The notes below the pieces were generated by a model, which was given only the letters and a program-made list of their open reading frames with translations, ran no database searches and had not been told where the DNA came from. Shown here piece after piece: positions 36,603 through 40,807 of a stretch of DNA of 40,807 nt. Location of the stretch: positions 4,198,589 to 4,239,395 of the forward strand of contig NC_069000.1 of the NCBI RefSeq assembly GCF_001194135.2. Direction: 5' to 3'. Each line of letters begins with the position of its first letter. Positions within the stretch are counted from its first letter, which is position 1. The position numbers and the translations under genes were made by a program. Origin of the DNA: Octopus bimaculoides (taxonomy: Eukaryota).

Positions 36603-38248
36603 TCTAGTGATCCCGTCGTCTGATAGAAGATGGTAGGGGTTCGCTCCCTTGCTTGTAATATATATCGGGTGTAGATTGCATCGACAACCACCTGGAAGAG
36701 GCTCTTCCTGTGGTTAAAAACGGTAGTAAAGTCGAACAGCCATATTGATGTGGCGATAAATATCGCTTTTCAGTCTAGTTACTGCTTTCATCTCTTATAG
36801 AGATTTTCTAAGTAGCTACTTTGCTAGTCATTAAAATTTTCCTTAGTAACAAAATGACAAACATATCATACTGCCACTTGTAACAGGAAAGTGGCCTCAT
36901 TTACGTTTGCAATACGAAAATATGCTTCAATAACAACAACAACAAAACTATGTATGTTGTGTGATTTCAAGCAGAAATTTTCTGTCGTTCATTGACTTCA
37001 ATCTTCGTTTTCATAGCAAAATAAAATACTGACAGTTATTTCTTGTAGAATATTTTCTGTGTCACTTACTAATTTCGAATTTTGCCTAATTTGTAAAAGC
37101 TGGTATGCTTTATTGGCTGCTATTTCTAGTAAGGATTTTTTTGCGTCTGATTCGCCAAGAATCCTTTTTCTGCTTTTGTAAAATGACTGTTCGTTTGTCA
37201 AAATCAGAGAACGTGTCTTACTCACAGTAACATACCTTTGTCATCCTCCAATATAATGTTGTAAAGTTTTCTCTTTTCAGTTGTTCGTATTTGCTGGTTT
37301 TTGACCAGTAACAACTATTTCCGTTCAGTTTTCAGGCTATCTCTCGTCAAACGGAGGTGGGATTGACAACATGAGCTTAGTCTAAGCATTTCCCTGTTGA
37401 CAAAAGTTCGGTTTGTTTCTTAATGTAAAATCTCCTCAAAATCTGTATTAAAACTATGTTTTCAAAAGTTCTTACAGAACAAAATTAACAGTACGTTTGT
37501 GAACAAAAATATCAATAAATTTAAACTTTCTAGTTCTTAAAACCACATCTGTTATTGGAACACGGCCTGAAATTTTGATGGGGAGAAGATAACAATTGCA
37601 ATTTCAATAATGTACACCGAGATAATTTAAGTCATTCCTGATAATTCTAAAATATTTATTTAGAACGGCAATGTTTCGTTTTATTTTACTTTCATATTAT
37701 TATCTTGCTCTGAGTCGAATTCAGTGATTTCACTTTCTGGATTATAAAACGAAACATCGCTGTTTAGAACGTATCGTAAGTTTTAAAATAAAAATGCAGT
37801 ATTGATCTGTATAATACTACAAAATACACAACGACGCAAACTTGTGATTAGAGAACACACGCACGCGCACAAATACGTATATTTAAGCGTGTATGTGTGT
37901 GCTTAATAATGTGTATGTACAACATATTTGTGTTCACATAAACGTACACATTGCTAATAATCAGAATAATGTATCTATTATAACATTGAAAAGCTACATA
38001 TAGTCAAGTTGTCTAGCAAGTCGAAGATATAAGCGACATGTCGAAAAAAAATGTAAACAAATTACACCATGGTGAGAATTACAAATAAATGTAGTTTGAT
38101 TTCAACATATGATGTAGAGAAAATTTAACAATATAAATATAAATCACGCATAAATTTGCTGATATTGCAGAAAGGACAAAATAACTACGTGCGGAAGTAT
38201 CTTCGATATGTATATGTATATATGTATATACAGAGAGAATGGGAGAGG

Positions 38249-38316
<68 letters not shown>

Positions 38317-39741
38317 GGAAGCATATGTCGTCACAGAGTAGACGTTAAGGTCATTTATGTAAAAGCAACAATGAACCGGTTTGTTTACATTTTAGCGCGA
38401 AATGCTACAACAATGTAAACAAGCAGACGACAGCAGACGACATTAAAGCTGTTATGATTAGCACACCAGACTTTTAACAGCAAGACAATAAAAAGTTTAA
38501 TGGCGTCAGAGCAGTTGAAAATAATACAACGTAATTGAAATATGTTAAGAAATTACTTTATTTCAAGCACCGGAATTTACCTTGTGGTTTGATATATTGC
38601 TTCGTAATAAATAGTTGTTTTAGTGAAATGATGTGCAACTGTAGGGGGTCCATTATGAGTGCTGATGTTTTGCGTTGCCAAGCTGAAACATTTTGACCAG
38701 TTAAAATGTGTAGATCATTGAATTTTGTTTAGAGAGGTCGACTATCAAAATGTATTTTCCGGGCTTGCAAATGGTAACTGTTTGTTAGAATGGTTTGAGT
38801 TCAGATGATGTCTTGCCAATTCGCAATTTACGAGAGGGTACCCAAAAGCAACCGGAAACGTTCTCTGTAGGACAAGCTCGTTGTAGTTCAGATTTCCGCC
38901 GCTAAGAGACACTTGACTGACGGACCGACGGACCGAGGGTAGAAGTGAGATTTGCAATCTTAGTCACTTATATTCTTTAGAAACCGAGTTAATCTCAGTT
39001 CTTGTGAGACTTAAAAGGGTTCGCAACAGATCCATACCAATGTATAAAAGCTAAACTGCTTTAAAAATTTCTTAGCAGAACGTTCCATAGTTGAGTCTTT
39101 TTTTCTTTTCGTTTTCATACAATTAAATTAAATTTATTTCTTCCACTGTTGAAATTCAAGTAAAAAAAAATTCATTGTTCTAAATTAGTGTTCTAAACAC
39201 ATTTTTCGTCAGGATTATAATTGGAAGTGCATTTGGTTCTTTTTGTAATAGACTCACTGTCTGTTTATCCTGGGTTTTCTTCGTCATTGATCATATTGAA
39301 CTTCTTATGTATTAGCAATGAACGTTGCAGTCTAAAATAATTATCTTTTCTTAATTCGTTTCTAATTTCGTTATAGATTACGTTCTGCTCGTTCCTTTAT
39401 AAGTACGTGTGTTTTTAAGAGCGTAATTTCTTAATTTCTCTTTTCGAAAAGGTGAAACGACTTCGTGCATCAAATAGTAAAGTACAGGACAACATTTCAA
39501 AACAATTTGTTTTTCTTTAGGTTCTTTTGTTTTTCGTTTTTTATTGGTTTGTGCTAAATTCAAATTCCGCAGGGGTTGATTTAACTACTTATTTCACATA
39601 GAGAATAAATTCTTTTCTTTCCATTTTGTTCTTTTCTTATTATTTTTTAGCTTTTCTATTCCAGAGGTGTCAAAGAACGATAAAATTATGTTACTAATCA
39701 ACATTTAGTGAGGTTAATTTAGTTTGTGTACCTGACCTACA

Positions 39742-39803
<62 letters not shown>

Positions 39804-39822
39804 CGCTTACATACATACATAC

Positions 39823-39918
39823 GCTCGTGAAATTAACGCGTAAGTGGCTGAGCACTCCACAGACACCGCTAAGTATTTCGTCCGGCGTGCTAATGATTCT
39901 GCCAGCTCGCTCCCTTAA
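39823..39918 (-). mobile_element. Chimeric SINE: family A head fused to family C 3' segment
   Basis: 39823-39865 matches family C (cf. 40149-40190). 39864-39918 matches the family A head. Confidence 0.75.
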
Positions 39919-39949
39919 AGTAAGTACATTTCATCTATACCATTACTTT

Positions 39950-40070
39950 ACAGGTACTTTATCAAGGCAAAGTGGACCCCGGCGAAATTTGAACCCAGAA
40001 TGTAAAGAGTCGGAACTAATATCGTAACTCAATTTAGCTGCCACTTTAACGATTCTACCATTTCGTCGCT
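39950..40070 (-). mobile_element. SINE family A, decayed
   Basis: AAGGCAAAGTGGACCCCGGCGAAATTTGAACCCAGAATGTAAAGAG. Confidence 0.7.
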
Positions 40071-40090
40071 TTTAGCAATAAAGTAATCGT

Positions 40091-40418
40091 GACGCTCCGT
40101 CAGTTACGACAACGAGGGTTCCAGTTGATCTGGTCAACGGAACAGCCTGCTCGTGAAATTAACGTACAAGTGGCTGAGCATTCCACAGTTACACATGTAC
40201 CCTTAACGTAGTTCTCGGAGGAAATTCAGAGTGACACAGAGTGTGACAAAGCTGGCCACCTTGAAATACAGGTACAACAGAAACAGGAATAAAGAGTGAG
40301 AGAAAGTTGTGGTGAAAGATAACAGCAGGGATCGCCACCTCCTCCTACCGGAACCTCGAAACCGCGATCCTACGACCGTGAGTCTGATGCCTTAACCACT
40401 GGGCCATTGCGCCTCCGC
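40091..40418 (-). mobile_element. tRNA-derived SINE, family C
   Basis: The minus-strand head is GCGGAGGCGCAATGGCCCAGTGGTTAAGG...GGTTTCGAGG. The body is shared with 621-871. Confidence 0.88.
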
Positions 40419-40484
40419 ATACATACATTCATACATACATGCATTAATATGTATGCGTGGGTGTGTGTGTGTGTGTGTGTGTGT

Positions 40485-40752
40485 GAAGGCGTATGGCCTA
40501 GTGGTTAGGCTGCTGCACTCATGATCTCTAAAACGTGGGTTCGATTCTCTGATTGGGCGGTACATTGTTTTCTTGTGCCAAATACTTCATTTCACGTTGC
40601 ACCAGTCCCCCTTTCGATCACGGCGGAATCTTGGCCTGGTCGCCTAGCCAGCAGGGTAGCGCCATTCCAAGGTTAAAACGATGTCAAAGCGCATTGTGAC
40701 TGGCGATGTGTAACTGCATATGATAATCTGGTCAGTCACGTGATCAAGTGAT
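40485..40752 (+). mobile_element. tRNA-derived SINE, family D
   Basis: It has A box TGGCCTAGTGG and B box GGTTCGATTCT, then a CORE-like TTCTTGTGCCAAATACTTCATTTCAC segment, and ends TCACGTGATCAAGTGAT. Confidence 0.8.
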
Positions 40753-40807
40753 ATATAAGATGTATAAGTGTGTCAATTCATGAAATGAAACTTAAACATC
40801 TTTGTTA

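Overview
This is AT-rich, repeat-dominated eukaryotic DNA. It is most likely an octopod cephalopod draft assembly, inferred from my recollection of octopus SINE sequences and from the extreme microsatellite density, not from a database search. About 7.2 kb of the window lies in 18 N-gaps, almost all bordered by microsatellites, so the long ORFs in the supplied track are gap or simple-repeat artefacts. No intact protein-coding gene is identifiable. The window contains many copies of at least four tRNA-derived SINE families (called A-D here) and a GC-rich Tx1/L1-clade reverse transcriptase fragment (YADD motif, 17706-18160, minus). It also holds a decayed L2/CR1-like RT relic, a mariner 3' end, two long foldbacks, two minisatellites and one candidate + strand exon. 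The main signal is a set of hammerhead-ribozyme (HHR) motifs, apparently from Penelope-like elements. One is an apparently complete type I hammerhead at 36340-36437, a second follows about 70 nt downstream, and a ~420-bp palindrome at 9245-9665 carries one hammerhead in each arm. Further decayed motifs occur elsewhere. All folds and alignments were done by eye.
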